A DNA stretch of 35,087 bases from Hadesarchaea archaeon (GTDB taxonomy: Archaea; Hadarchaeota; Hadarchaeia; Hadarchaeales; Hadarchaeaceae), in assembly GCA_030619825.1 (NCBI GenBank), contig JAUXAS010000003.1:1-35087 (forward strand). Direction: 5' to 3'. Within the stretch, counting starts at the first letter, position 1. Each line of letters begins with the position of its first letter. Positions 1 to 9,580 of the stretch are shown here, piece after piece. The translations under genes were made by a program, and so were the position numbers. The notes under the pieces were generated by a model. The model had not been told where the DNA came from. It did no database searches and was given only the letters and a program-made list of their open reading frames with translations.

Positions 1-1314
<1,314 letters not shown>

Positions 1315-1522
1315 TAAAGCAACCACAAAGCCTCGAAATTGGCTTGGGTACCAGACCTATCTCGGACCCGAGCTTTCCCAGTAGCCTGGCTTGTTCGGAT
1401 CCACATTGCTGAATCCACACCAAGAGTACGATCTCTCATCGCGGGGCCGTGCGTGCTTGCCCCGTACTCGGATCGACGCCGTTCACACCAGTGTGGACAT
1501 ATCAGAATAGGCGTTATTCCTA

Positions 1523-1550
1523 CTTAAAACTTACTCGGGCTGTTTTAAAT
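1523..1550 (-). promoter_or_regulatory. Two TATA-like boxes in the 16S leader region (candidate tandem rRNA promoters)
   Basis: On the minus strand these read ATTTAAAA (1543-1550) and GTTTTAAG (1523-1530). They lie about 210-235 nt upstream of the mature 16S 5' end. Assigned by position and AT-rich motif only. Confidence 0.3.
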
Positions 1551-1644
1551 GCTCGAAATGGAAGTTTCACCCCCGAGTCCTGTTTTTTTGCCATCGAAAG
1601 AACTAAAAACCTCACGCGCAAGTTAATGGCGAGGTGATTTGAGG

Positions 1645-1866
1645 ATGAGATTGTCCGAGATCCACGGTATGCGTATCTACAGCGATCGGGCGCACTTCAT
1701 CGGAACAATTGATGACACGATAATCGATGATAAGGAGGGTATGGTGGTGGGACTCGTCTTCGGGCGCAAGGAGGGCAAGGCGATATCCATCCCATACAGT
1801 GGCCTCATGGCGATCGGTGACATCGTGCTCGTTTACAGCAAGAAGACCGAGCAAGCGGGCGCGTAG
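1645..1866 (+). CDS. PRC-barrel domain protein (small)
   Basis: The ORF 1639-1866 translation (MRLSEIHGMRIYSDRAHFIGTIDDTIIDDKEG...ISIPYSGLMAIGDIVLV) has the typical PRC-barrel pattern. ATG at 1645 is preceded by GAGGTGA (1631-1637). Confidence 0.7.
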   Translation: MRLSEIHGMRIYSDRAHFIGTIDDTIIDDKEGMVVGLVFGRKEGKAISIPYSGLMAIGDIVLVYSKKTEQAGA

Positions 1867-1868
1867 GC

Positions 1869-2399
1869 ATGCTAGTTGAATTTGGTGGAAAAAAACCCCG
1901 CATTCACAAAACTGCCTTCGTCCACTCGACCGCCACGGTAATAGGTGACGTTACAATAGGTGCACACTCGAGTGTTTGGCCTGGAGCTGTCGTGCGGGCG
2001 GATTTCGAAAGTGTCAGGATCAACCGATACACGTGTATCCAGGACAACGCCGTCGTGCACTCGGGCGACCGCTATGGGGAGAAGGGGAAGGGGCCGAGAT
2101 ATTTGCCCGTCAAAATAGGTAACTACGTCGTCGTCGGACACAACGCGCTGGTACACGGGTGCACAGTCGAGGATAACTGCATCGTGGGGGGAGGATCAAT
2201 CGTTTTCAACGGCGCGAGGGTCCGAAAGGGGTCACTGGTCGGTTTGGGTGCGGTGGTGCCCCATGACGTGGAGGTACCCCCGCAAACGATAGTGGTGGGC
2301 ATTCCTGCCAGGCCGCTGCGCGCGCTCACGGATGAAGAGTTCAAGAGCATCCGCATGCAGGCTGAAAATTACGCCAAGCTCGCGAAAAGATATCGATGA
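1869..2399 (+). CDS. Gamma-class carbonic anhydrase family / hexapeptide-repeat (LbH) protein
   Basis: Left-handed beta-helix hexapeptide repeats with a Cam/YrdA/PaaY-like pattern (VIGDVTIGAHSSVWPGAVVRAD...IQDNAVVH...IGNYVVVGHNALVHGC...VGIPARPLR). Confidence 0.85.
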   Translation: MLVEFGGKKPRIHKTAFVHSTATVIGDVTIGAHSSVWPGAVVRADFESVRINRYTCIQDNAVVHSGDRYGEKGKGPRYLPVKIGNYVVVGHNALVHGCTVEDNCIVGGGSIVFNGARVRKGSLVGLGAVVPHDVEVPPQTIVVGIPARPLRALTDEEFKSIRMQAENYAKLAKRYR

Positions 2400-2431
2400 G
2401 ATCCTATGAGCTGAGGCCGAACTATCGGAGG

Positions 2432-2869
2432 CTATTTCTTCCCCGCGAACTCGTGAATCCAATACTCTCTTCGCTCCGTCACTTCTTTCTTCCAGATCGG
2501 GACCTCTGCCTTGACCCGGTTCATTAACTCGGGGAGGGCTTTGAAAACATCGTCCCGCCTGTGGCCCGCCACCAAGACATAGATAGCATCTTCCCCAGGG
2601 GCGACTTGATCGACGATGTGGTGGATCATCACGCGGCGAATGTTTGGCCGTTTCTCGATGTCCGCAGCTATCTGTTCGAGTTTTTTTACAGCGTCCTCGG
2701 AAGACTGATAACGAAGAAACTTGACCCGTTCCCCTTCTCCCGAAAGGCCCCGCACCACACCTACGAAGCAGCCGATCGCTCCCACGTTCTCCCCGATATC
2801 CTGCCTCAACTTCCGAAACAAATCAGGTAGGGTTACTTTACCCTTGGAATAGATACCCACGTCTGGCAT
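2432..2869 (-). CDS. moaE: Molybdopterin synthase catalytic subunit MoaE
   Basis: 145 aa with MoaE hallmarks (...IHHIVDQVAPGEDAIYVLVAGHRRDDVF...EVPIWKKE...). Lies immediately downstream of a MoaD-like gene. Confidence 0.85.
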   Translation of the reverse strand: MPDVGIYSKGKVTLPDLFRKLRQDIGENVGAIGCFVGVVRGLSGEGERVKFLRYQSSEDAVKKLEQIAADIEKRPNIRRVMIHHIVDQVAPGEDAIYVLVAGHRRDDVFKALPELMNRVKAEVPIWKKEVTERREYWIHEFAGKK

Positions 2870-2883
2870 GGGAGCACCATAGG

Positions 2884-3171
2884 TTAACTTGTGCCGCCCG
2901 AAACCGGTGGGAATATCGCCACGACATCGCCATCTTTTAACTTCGTATCGAGCCCACTAAGCAAATTTATGCCGCGGCCATTCACGAGAACGTTCACCGT
3001 TTCACGCAACTTTTTTGAACCCAATTCATAGAGCTGGTCGACCATCCTTTCGCCAAACTGCCGCACGAGCTCATCGAGCAAAGCGGCCACGTCCCTAACC
3101 GCCGCTACCTCGACCCGCTCCTGGCCAACCGCTTCGCGGAAATTCGCGAAAAATTTCACAGTGATACCCAT
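2884..3171 (-). CDS. moaD: MoaD/ThiS-family ubiquitin-like sulfur carrier (SAMP-like), C-terminus ...VSGGTS
   Basis: MGITVKFFANFREAVG...DGDVVAIFPPVSGGTS shows the beta-grasp MoaD pattern. ATG at 3171 was chosen over the longer ORF-track start at 3204. The gene is coupled to moaE. Confidence 0.8.
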   Translation of the reverse strand: MGITVKFFANFREAVGQERVEVAAVRDVAALLDELVRQFGERMVDQLYELGSKKLRETVNVLVNGRGINLLSGLDTKLKDGDVVAIFPPVSGGTS

Positions 3172-3200
3172 GGTCGACCCATTAAAACTTTTCCCCAAAA

Positions 3201-3232
3201 GCATAAAAGTTTAGGGCTCAAGCTTTTTATGC
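3201..3232. promoter_or_regulatory. Divergent moaD/tbp promoter with two mirror-image TATA boxes
   Basis: GCATAAAAG (3201-3209) and CTTTTTATGC (3223-3232) form an inverted repeat. Each lies about 30-40 nt from its start codon (3171 on the minus strand, 3264 on the plus strand). Confidence 0.4.
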
Positions 3233-3263
3233 AAGGGTACGGAGTTAGCTCGAGGCCGATTTG

Positions 3264-3803
3264 ATGGACAGGGTAAAACAAAAAGTTCAAAATATCGTGA
3301 TTTCTGTCACCTATGAGGACGTCAAGTTCGACCTTGAGAAATTGGCCAGAATCCTCGACGGAGCACGTTATGATCCGGAAGTTTTCCCAGGGATAGCTTA
3401 TAAGTCGGAAGATCCACCCGCATCCTTCCTGATATTCGCGTCTGGCAAGATGAATTGCGTCGGCGCCCAGAGCATGCACAACGCGAAGCTTGCGATAAAG
3501 AAGCTGACGAGAAAGCTCCAGAAGGCTGGTATCAAGGTGAAATCGGAGCCGAAGATCAAAGTTCAAAATATCGTCGCATCCTTCGATTTTGGGCGCGAGT
3601 TCGACCTCGAGCGGATCGCGCGGACCTTCGAAAACACGGAATATGAGCCCGAGGTCTTCCCCGGGCTTGTATTTAGGCTCAAAGAACCCAAAGTCGTGGT
3701 GCTCCTCTTTGTTTCGGGAAAGGGCGTTTGCGCTGGCGCGAAGAGCATGGGCGACATAAAAAAGGCAGCTGAAAAAATAACTAAAATCCTCAAGCAACGA
3801 TGA
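3264..3803 (+). CDS. tbp: TATA-box-binding protein
   Basis: Two TBP repeats are present (KVQNIVISV...PGIAYK...ASGKMNCVGA / KVQNIVASF...PGLVFRL...VSGKGVCAGA). The internal duplication is visible at DNA level: AAAGTTCAAAATATCGT appears near 3284 and again near 3558. Confidence 0.95.
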   Translation: MDRVKQKVQNIVISVTYEDVKFDLEKLARILDGARYDPEVFPGIAYKSEDPPASFLIFASGKMNCVGAQSMHNAKLAIKKLTRKLQKAGIKVKSEPKIKVQNIVASFDFGREFDLERIARTFENTEYEPEVFPGLVFRLKEPKVVVLLFVSGKGVCAGAKSMGDIKKAAEKITKILKQR

Positions 3804-3868
3804 TGGCGAAGATAATTGACACCATTCAAAATTTTTAACTTGCGCCACCCCTAGGACTATTCGATGCT

Positions 3869-5023
3869 ATGGAGACTGTCATCGTGCGCTACGGCGAGAT
3901 AGCGCTGAAGAGCGAGCCGGTCCGCAGGCGATTCGAACGGCGACTGATCGAAAACATTAAATTGTCCCTCAAGGGTTTGGACTACAAGCTCCGAAGAGAA
4001 CGGGGCAGAATCTTCACCGACACCCGCAGACCGAGCGCCGTGATTGAGCGCCTAGCTAAGACGCCAGGCATTGTTTCTCTCAGTTCATCGCTCAGGACAA
4101 ACGCGACCATCGATTCAATCACCTCAGCGGTGGTGAGGGAAGCGAAGAAGATCCTCTCTCCAGGCATGACCTTCGCCATCCGGACCTCGAGGGTTGGGGA
4201 ACACCCGTTCTCCAGCAAGGATGTGAACGTGAGCGCTGGCTCTGCGGTCTTGGCTGAGGTGAAGGGCGTCCGTGTGAACCTCTCGACCCCAAAACGTAAG
4301 ATATTCGTCGATGTTCGTGGGAGAGATGCCTACGTGTTCACGGAAATCGTGTACGGGGTCGGCGGACTGCCTGTGGGCACCCAAGGCAGCGTTGTCGCAC
4401 TTTTTTCTGGGAGCCTGAACAGCTCCGTTTCCTCCTACCTTGTGATGAAGCGCGGCTGCACGCTCCACCCGACATTTTTTGACCCTCGACCCCACGCCGA
4501 CGGTCGAGCGCGAAAATATGCGGTCGGTGCAGCGAGGAAGCTTGCGGGGATTTACCCAAAGCTCGAGCTACGGATCTTCCCTTACGGTAAAATATTTCGC
4601 ACCATAACCGAAGGAATAGCGCAGGGCCTGGAGAACTTGCTCTGCAAGCGAGCGATGATTCGAACGGCCGAGGTTATCGCTGGACAAGTGGGGGGAGCAG
4701 CAATCGTGGGGGATGAAGACCTAGAAAAAATTGCCGAAGGAGGGGTAGAAAGCCTTGGCGTGATCGACGATGCCTGCGAGTTGCCGGTCCTCAGACCCCT
4801 CGCGGGAATGGTCAAAGAGGATATCGAAAAAATCGCCAATCGAATTGGAATTTTTGACCCATCCGCACATACGGCAAATATGTGTCCTCCACCATCCCAT
4901 CCCACCGCTCTGAAACTCGAGGAGTTACGTGAAATCGAGGAGGGATTAAATATCGATGCCCTCATTGAGTCAGCGCTCCCGAGGATTAAAATCATCAAGC
5001 TGAGGCGAAGTGCGTGGACCTAA
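3869..5023 (+). CDS. thiI: ThiI-like THUMP + PP-loop protein (tRNA 4-thiouridine synthase homologue) with degenerate catalytic motifs
   Basis: The N-terminus (VRYGEIALKSEPVRRRFERRL) is ThiI ferredoxin-like/THUMP. The PP-loop region reads SGSLNS (4406-4423) instead of SGGxDS. The downstream PVLRPLAGMVKEDIEKIA block is conserved. Confidence 0.75.
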   Translation: METVIVRYGEIALKSEPVRRRFERRLIENIKLSLKGLDYKLRRERGRIFTDTRRPSAVIERLAKTPGIVSLSSSLRTNATIDSITSAVVREAKKILSPGMTFAIRTSRVGEHPFSSKDVNVSAGSAVLAEVKGVRVNLSTPKRKIFVDVRGRDAYVFTEIVYGVGGLPVGTQGSVVALFSGSLNSSVSSYLVMKRGCTLHPTFFDPRPHADGRARKYAVGAARKLAGIYPKLELRIFPYGKIFRTITEGIAQGLENLLCKRAMIRTAEVIAGQVGGAAIVGDEDLEKIAEGGVESLGVIDDACELPVLRPLAGMVKEDIEKIANRIGIFDPSAHTANMCPPPSHPTALKLEELREIEEGLNIDALIESALPRIKIIKLRRSAWT

Positions 5024-6288
5024 TCGTCCGACCCGCAGCGGAGCTCTCCGGGGAACTCGAGCCGCAGCCGTCGAAACTGCACACCCAATTCGCAAGCGCC
5101 GTGGCCTTGCTCGCGGGAGGCAAGAGCGTGATCGAGAATCCACTCCGCGTGAAGGATACCCAAGTGATGCTCCAAGCCGCTGAGGCAATGGGTGCTACGG
5201 TAAAGCGAACCCAAGAACGTTGGTCCATCTGGGGGGTCAGCGGGAAACCGAAACTCGCCCAAAATGTCATCGACGCGAGAAACTCGGGAACCGCGCTAAG
5301 CCTGCTTACATCGATTGCGGCTCTGGCGCCCGCGATAACCGTGCTCAACGGTGATACCCAGCTGCGCTCCCGTCCGATGCCAGGGCTGCTGAGATCCCTT
5401 CGCCGCCTCGGCGCAGATGTCCATTCGACGAAGCCGGATGACAGCCCACCCTTCATCGTTTTCGGGGGGAAAGTTACGGGTGGGAAGGTGCAGCTTGGCA
5501 AGGTAAGTGCGCACTACTTGCCCGCTCTCCTCCTGCCATGCCCATATGCTGAAAAACAGGTTAAACTCTCCATCAAACAAGCTCAAAAAACCCAACTTAA
5601 GCCCATCCTCGAACTTACAAAGAAAGTCGGTGCGGAGGTTAGTCCATGGGGGGAGAGGCTCCTGATGCCGAACCGACCCTATCGTGCGTTCAGTTTCAGA
5701 GTACCGCAGGAGCTTGCAGCGGCGGCGCCTTTTATCGTTGCCGCTGCCCTGACGAATTCTAAACTCAAGCTCCGTGGCGTGAAAGGCGTGGCTGGTCGAG
5801 ACGTTGCGTTTTTAGACCTTCTGAAGGTAGCCGGCCTGAAGTTACATTCATCAAAAAAAGGTTTCATCGTGGAGGGCAAACAGAATCCCCGCGCCGCAAA
5901 ACTGGACCTTTCCCACGTGCCGGAACTTTTGCCGATGATTGCCGTGCTCGCATGTAAGGCCAAAGGTAAAACGCTGATTCGGAACGCTGGTGAGGCGAGA
6001 ACAATGAAGTCAGACCGCATTTCAGCGGTAGCCCGAGAACTGCGTCGGATGGGGGCGAAGATGCTTGAACACCACGATGGATTACTCATCCAAGGGGCAG
6101 CCAAGCTCAAGGGGTGCGAGGTTGATGGGCACGACGACTACGCGGTCGTCGCAGCCCTAGTCGTGGCAGGGCTCCTCGCTGAAGGTGAAACGAAGATAAA
6201 AAATGGGGTCACGGCGCTCAGGACCTCGTACTCCCGCTTCATCTCCACATTTCAAGGGCTAGGGGCAGATATCGGCCACGCGATCTAG
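5014..6288 (+). CDS. aroA: 3-phosphoshikimate 1-carboxyvinyltransferase (EPSP synthase)
   Basis: 424 aa with an AroA pattern (PSKLHTQFASAVALLAGGKSVIENPL...NSGTALSLLT...RSRPM...DHRISAV-like SDRISAVAREL...). The GTG start overlaps the thiI stop. Confidence 0.9.
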   Translation: MDLIVRPAAELSGELEPQPSKLHTQFASAVALLAGGKSVIENPLRVKDTQVMLQAAEAMGATVKRTQERWSIWGVSGKPKLAQNVIDARNSGTALSLLTSIAALAPAITVLNGDTQLRSRPMPGLLRSLRRLGADVHSTKPDDSPPFIVFGGKVTGGKVQLGKVSAHYLPALLLPCPYAEKQVKLSIKQAQKTQLKPILELTKKVGAEVSPWGERLLMPNRPYRAFSFRVPQELAAAAPFIVAAALTNSKLKLRGVKGVAGRDVAFLDLLKVAGLKLHSSKKGFIVEGKQNPRAAKLDLSHVPELLPMIAVLACKAKGKTLIRNAGEARTMKSDRISAVARELRRMGAKMLEHHDGLLIQGAAKLKGCEVDGHDDYAVVAALVVAGLLAEGETKIKNGVTALRTSYSRFISTFQGLGADIGHAI

Positions 6289-6368
6289 CAACGCCATGCA
6301 GCTGCCACGCAAGCGAGCTTGGCGCGCAAACTTTTAAATTTCGGACCCATAGCATAGCAGGGGGTTGA

Positions 6369-6851
6369 TTGAGAGGTCAGCTTAGCGTCGAGTTCATCGT
6401 CATCATATCGGGCTTACTGATTATCCTCGCCGTCGTCACGATGCCTATGTACAACCAAGCGCGTGCCGACGCCGAGAAAGTCTCAAAGCTTGCAGATGCA
6501 CATGAAGCCGCAAACAAGTTGGTGAATGCGATCAACCTGGTCTACGCGACGGTAGTCGACTCTCGGCAAACGGTAGAGTACTGGCTCCCCCCGGGCGTTG
6601 TCTCGGTTTCCTTTGTCGATGGAGCTGAAAATCGTGTGGATGTTAGGATAGAACTGGACCTCGAAAGCGATAATGTGATGCAAGTTAGTACGATTCTACC
6701 AAGCACGTATGAAAACATGGTCTCCGGTTCCATTTTGATAAGTTCTAATTACCGAGTCCTGCACCGTACGACATTGCGCCACGATTACGACATTGGCTAC
6801 GCACAACCGATGCGGATCGTGCTCTCGGATGAAATAATCGAGAGTGTTTGA
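6369..6851 (+). CDS. Class III signal peptide (archaeal type IV pilin-like) protein, cassette member 1
   Basis: N-terminus M-R-G|QLSVEFIVIISGLLIILAVV: a basic residue and Gly, Q at +1, E at +5, then a hydrophobic helix. TTG start. A TATA-like TTTTAAATT lies at 6332-6340. Confidence 0.75.
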   Translation: MRGQLSVEFIVIISGLLIILAVVTMPMYNQARADAEKVSKLADAHEAANKLVNAINLVYATVVDSRQTVEYWLPPGVVSVSFVDGAENRVDVRIELDLESDNVMQVSTILPSTYENMVSGSILISSNYRVLHRTTLRHDYDIGYAQPMRIVLSDEIIESV

Positions 6852-6852
6852 G

Positions 6853-7305
6853 ATGCGGGGACAATCAGCTGTAGAATATCTGCTCCTCTTTTCAGCCGTG
6901 CTGGTGATCTTCGCTGTAGTCACACTCGGGCAGATGATAAATCCCATGCAAGAAGCCGGAAGGGATACGCTATATCTTTCCCAAGCTAGGTCCGCCGCCG
7001 ATAAGATTGCCGGAGCGGTGAACTCCGTGTACGCGAATGGACCAGAAGCGACGAAAAGCGAGGGTTTTTCCATTGATCAAAGCTGGAGTCTGCATCTCAC
7101 CGAGAACAAGCTTACGATAAGCCTTGAAATCTCGAGCGGAACCAAAAATGTCGAGAGCAACCTTAGGTACGGGTTCAACGATAATCTACAAAACCTCTCG
7201 ACCGGCACTTACACGATAATCGCGGAATGGTCTGGTGACCAAGAAAATATTGTCAAGGATAACTACAAGATTTACATCCGCATCAAGCCGCCGAAGGGGA
7301 TTTAG
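6853..7305 (+). CDS. Class III signal peptide pilin-like protein, cassette member 2
   Basis: MRG|QSAVEYLLLFSAVLVIFAVV. ATG at 6853 lies 1 nt after the stop of the preceding gene. Confidence 0.8.
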   Translation: MRGQSAVEYLLLFSAVLVIFAVVTLGQMINPMQEAGRDTLYLSQARSAADKIAGAVNSVYANGPEATKSEGFSIDQSWSLHLTENKLTISLEISSGTKNVESNLRYGFNDNLQNLSTGTYTIIAEWSGDQENIVKDNYKIYIRIKPPKGI

Positions 7306-7319
7306 GTGGAGGACTGACG

Positions 7320-7745
7320 ATGGGACTTCGCGAGCGGGGGTTTTTCTCGATTGATGCGTTGTTTGCAGTAACGCTCCTCCTCATGGTTTCATCATCATTT
7401 TTGCATGTTTACGAGGGGCGAAGAGGGGCGGCTGAGCTGATGAGTGCTAGATTGGAAGCCAAGATCGTCGGCGAAAAACTCGCGGCGGCAATAAACACCG
7501 TCTACGCGAACGGGTCGAACTTCGAAATCGATGTCGACCTTCCCCAAAAAATAGGAAGTTACTTTTACAATATCGAGTTCGACAATACCGCGCGGCAGGT
7601 TGTCGTGGAAAACTCAGCTTGGGGAACCGTTGGTGTAGGGGTCGTCTGCAAAAATGTCTGGGATTTCGTGTTAGAACGGGAAAATTTGGAGAATACTATT
7701 CGAGTACATTGGGTGGAAAACATCGTGATGGTCGTGAACGCATGA
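7320..7745 (+). CDS. Class III signal peptide pilin-like protein, cassette member 3
   Basis: MGLRERG|FFSIDALFAVTLLLMV. Shine-Dalgarno-like AGGTGGAGG at 7304-7312. Shares the A..A(I/V)N.VYA(N/T) motif with members 1 and 2. Confidence 0.7.
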   Translation: MGLRERGFFSIDALFAVTLLLMVSSSFLHVYEGRRGAAELMSARLEAKIVGEKLAAAINTVYANGSNFEIDVDLPQKIGSYFYNIEFDNTARQVVVENSAWGTVGVGVVCKNVWDFVLERENLENTIRVHWVENIVMVVNA

Positions 7746-8143
7746 GAGGCCAATCCAGCGCGGAGATGTTGGTCCTCATGGGGGTGATTCTCGTGGTGGT
7801 GGCATCGTTCCTCTATCTGGGTGCTGGGGGCAATGAAATGGCAACCGTCATGTCTGCCGCGCGCACTGGGGCCGAGAACGTGATTGCTGCCCTAGACTCT
7901 GAGTATGGATGCGCAATCGATATCGAGCAAGTCGGCTTCGACGCCGGCACCATAACAATTTATGTGAATGTTAGGGGTGGGCCTCCGCCTGACAACCAAG
8001 CGATATCGGACAACATCAAAGCGAGCGCGCTCAAGTACATCTACCAAGCGGTGATCGGTTCCTTCCCCGAAAGCGCTGAACCCGTCAAGACTGGGTATTA
8101 CACTTACGACGTGGACGTGGGGATAAGGAGGGTGACGAAGTGA
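7742..8143 (+). CDS. Class III signal peptide pilin-like protein, cassette member 4
   Basis: The internal ATG of ORF 7619-8143 gives MRG|QSSAEMLVLMGVILVVVASF. ATGA start/stop overlap with member 3. Confidence 0.75.
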   Translation: MRGQSSAEMLVLMGVILVVVASFLYLGAGGNEMATVMSAARTGAENVIAALDSEYGCAIDIEQVGFDAGTITIYVNVRGGPPPDNQAISDNIKASALKYIYQAVIGSFPESAEPVKTGYYTYDVDVGIRRVTK

Positions 8144-9090
8144 ACGAGCGAGGCCAAATCTTCACTCTCGACATGTTCTTCGCGCTGACCCTGACCGTGC
8201 TCGTGGTGAGCTACTCTGGGCTGGCGCTCGAGCAGGCACGCGGACAGGCTGATGCATATGCGCTGAGATATTCGCTTGAGCGCACGGCAAACGATGCCGC
8301 GGATGTATTAGTGAAGACGTTAGGCTGGCCCTCGAACTGGGAGGAAAACACCGAAACTCTTGAGACTTTGGGTTTTGCGGAAGAAAATGATGGGAAAGCA
8401 GTTCAAAACATGCTAGAAATAGCGAAATTCGGACAACTCAGGCGCTTGGCTAATTACGACAACTGGGATGCCCCGGTGAATGCCAACGCAGTTAAAGCTA
8501 TCAAGGAATTCTTCGGCGGCTCTGAGAACTTTGAGATTACCATATTTGATGAAAATGGAAACGAAATGTGGAACGCTTGGCCAAGATGGAAAATTGATGA
8601 ACGCTCTGATGCAGAGAATGCCCTAGAAGTTGTTGTTGTAAGACGTTCTGTCGTCTCGAGGTACGGGACAGTTAGGTATGAGAGTGGGGAGCTTTTAAAC
8701 GAAAATGGTGGACGAACGGTGTTTTCCACGGATAATTTTGAGATACTTCCGGGAGAACTTGAAGCATTTGATTGGTACGTTATTCTTTTGACAAACAGCA
8801 AATCAGGCCTTCCTGTCGAGATATATGTAAATATAGATCCCAATCCCCCACCAACCTATAAATTTAACCCACCATACCAACCAGAGGGGGACTTTTGGCC
8901 GGAAGAACACGGCGGAATGGACGAATACCTTCACGTGGGCACGAACGTTATAACAGCAGTTTCTGAGGGCAAGCCGGCCACGTGGGCGATGATTTACCTC
9001 GTGGCAGTTCCCGCGTGCTCATTGCCTGAAAACGCAAGACTGGCGTTAACTTCACTGCCCGCGACGCTTGAGGTGAAGCTATGGAGGTAG
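8140..9090 (+). CDS. Large class III signal peptide pilin-like protein, cassette member 5
   Basis: MNERG|QIFTLDMFFALTLTVLVV. GTGA overlap with member 4, preceded by AAGGAGGGTGA. Confidence 0.7.
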   Translation: MNERGQIFTLDMFFALTLTVLVVSYSGLALEQARGQADAYALRYSLERTANDAADVLVKTLGWPSNWEENTETLETLGFAEENDGKAVQNMLEIAKFGQLRRLANYDNWDAPVNANAVKAIKEFFGGSENFEITIFDENGNEMWNAWPRWKIDERSDAENALEVVVVRRSVVSRYGTVRYESGELLNENGGRTVFSTDNFEILPGELEAFDWYVILLTNSKSGLPVEIYVNIDPNPPPTYKFNPPYQPEGDFWPEEHGGMDEYLHVGTNVITAVSEGKPATWAMIYLVAVPACSLPENARLALTSLPATLEVKLWR

Positions 9091-9094
9091 ACCC

Positions 9095-9580
9095 ATGAGT
9101 TTTCGAATGGATCGGAGGGGATTCATATTCAGCCTGGACGCGACGCTCGCGATGCTCGTCGTACTTATAGTGATGACCGGGGTAGCGCGTGTGGCAGGGC
9201 CTGAGCTGACCTACGGGCAACACGGCTACTTGCGTTTGGAGCGATACGCCAACGACGCGCTAGAGGTGATGGAGCTCACTGGCGCAATGGATATCATCGA
9301 AAATTTGCTTGCCCAAGGGGAAATATCAGAGGCTGGAAACCTTGCCGAAAATGTGCTGCGAAAAATCCTACCAGGAGAAGTGCAGTTCAGACTTCGAATC
9401 GGAGTTGAAAATAATCCTCGCTTAGATAACGTTTACCCAAGCGCTGGAAAACATGCGGAGTGGCGCGCCGCATTCGAAAACGCTGCGGAAATTGCTGTTG
9501 CAGCTCGTGTTTCAATATTCCCACCTGAGAATGTATTTGATTCCATCACCCTCTACGTGTGGCGGGGGGCAGAAATATGA
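9095..9580 (+). CDS. Class III signal peptide pilin-like protein, cassette member 6
   Basis: MSFRMDRRG|FIFSLDATLAMLVVLIVM. GGAGGT at 9083-9088. Shares the LER.ANDA..V motif with member 5. Confidence 0.7.
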   Translation: MSFRMDRRGFIFSLDATLAMLVVLIVMTGVARVAGPELTYGQHGYLRLERYANDALEVMELTGAMDIIENLLAQGEISEAGNLAENVLRKILPGEVQFRLRIGVENNPRLDNVYPSAGKHAEWRAAFENAAEIAVAARVSIFPPENVFDSITLYVWRGAEI

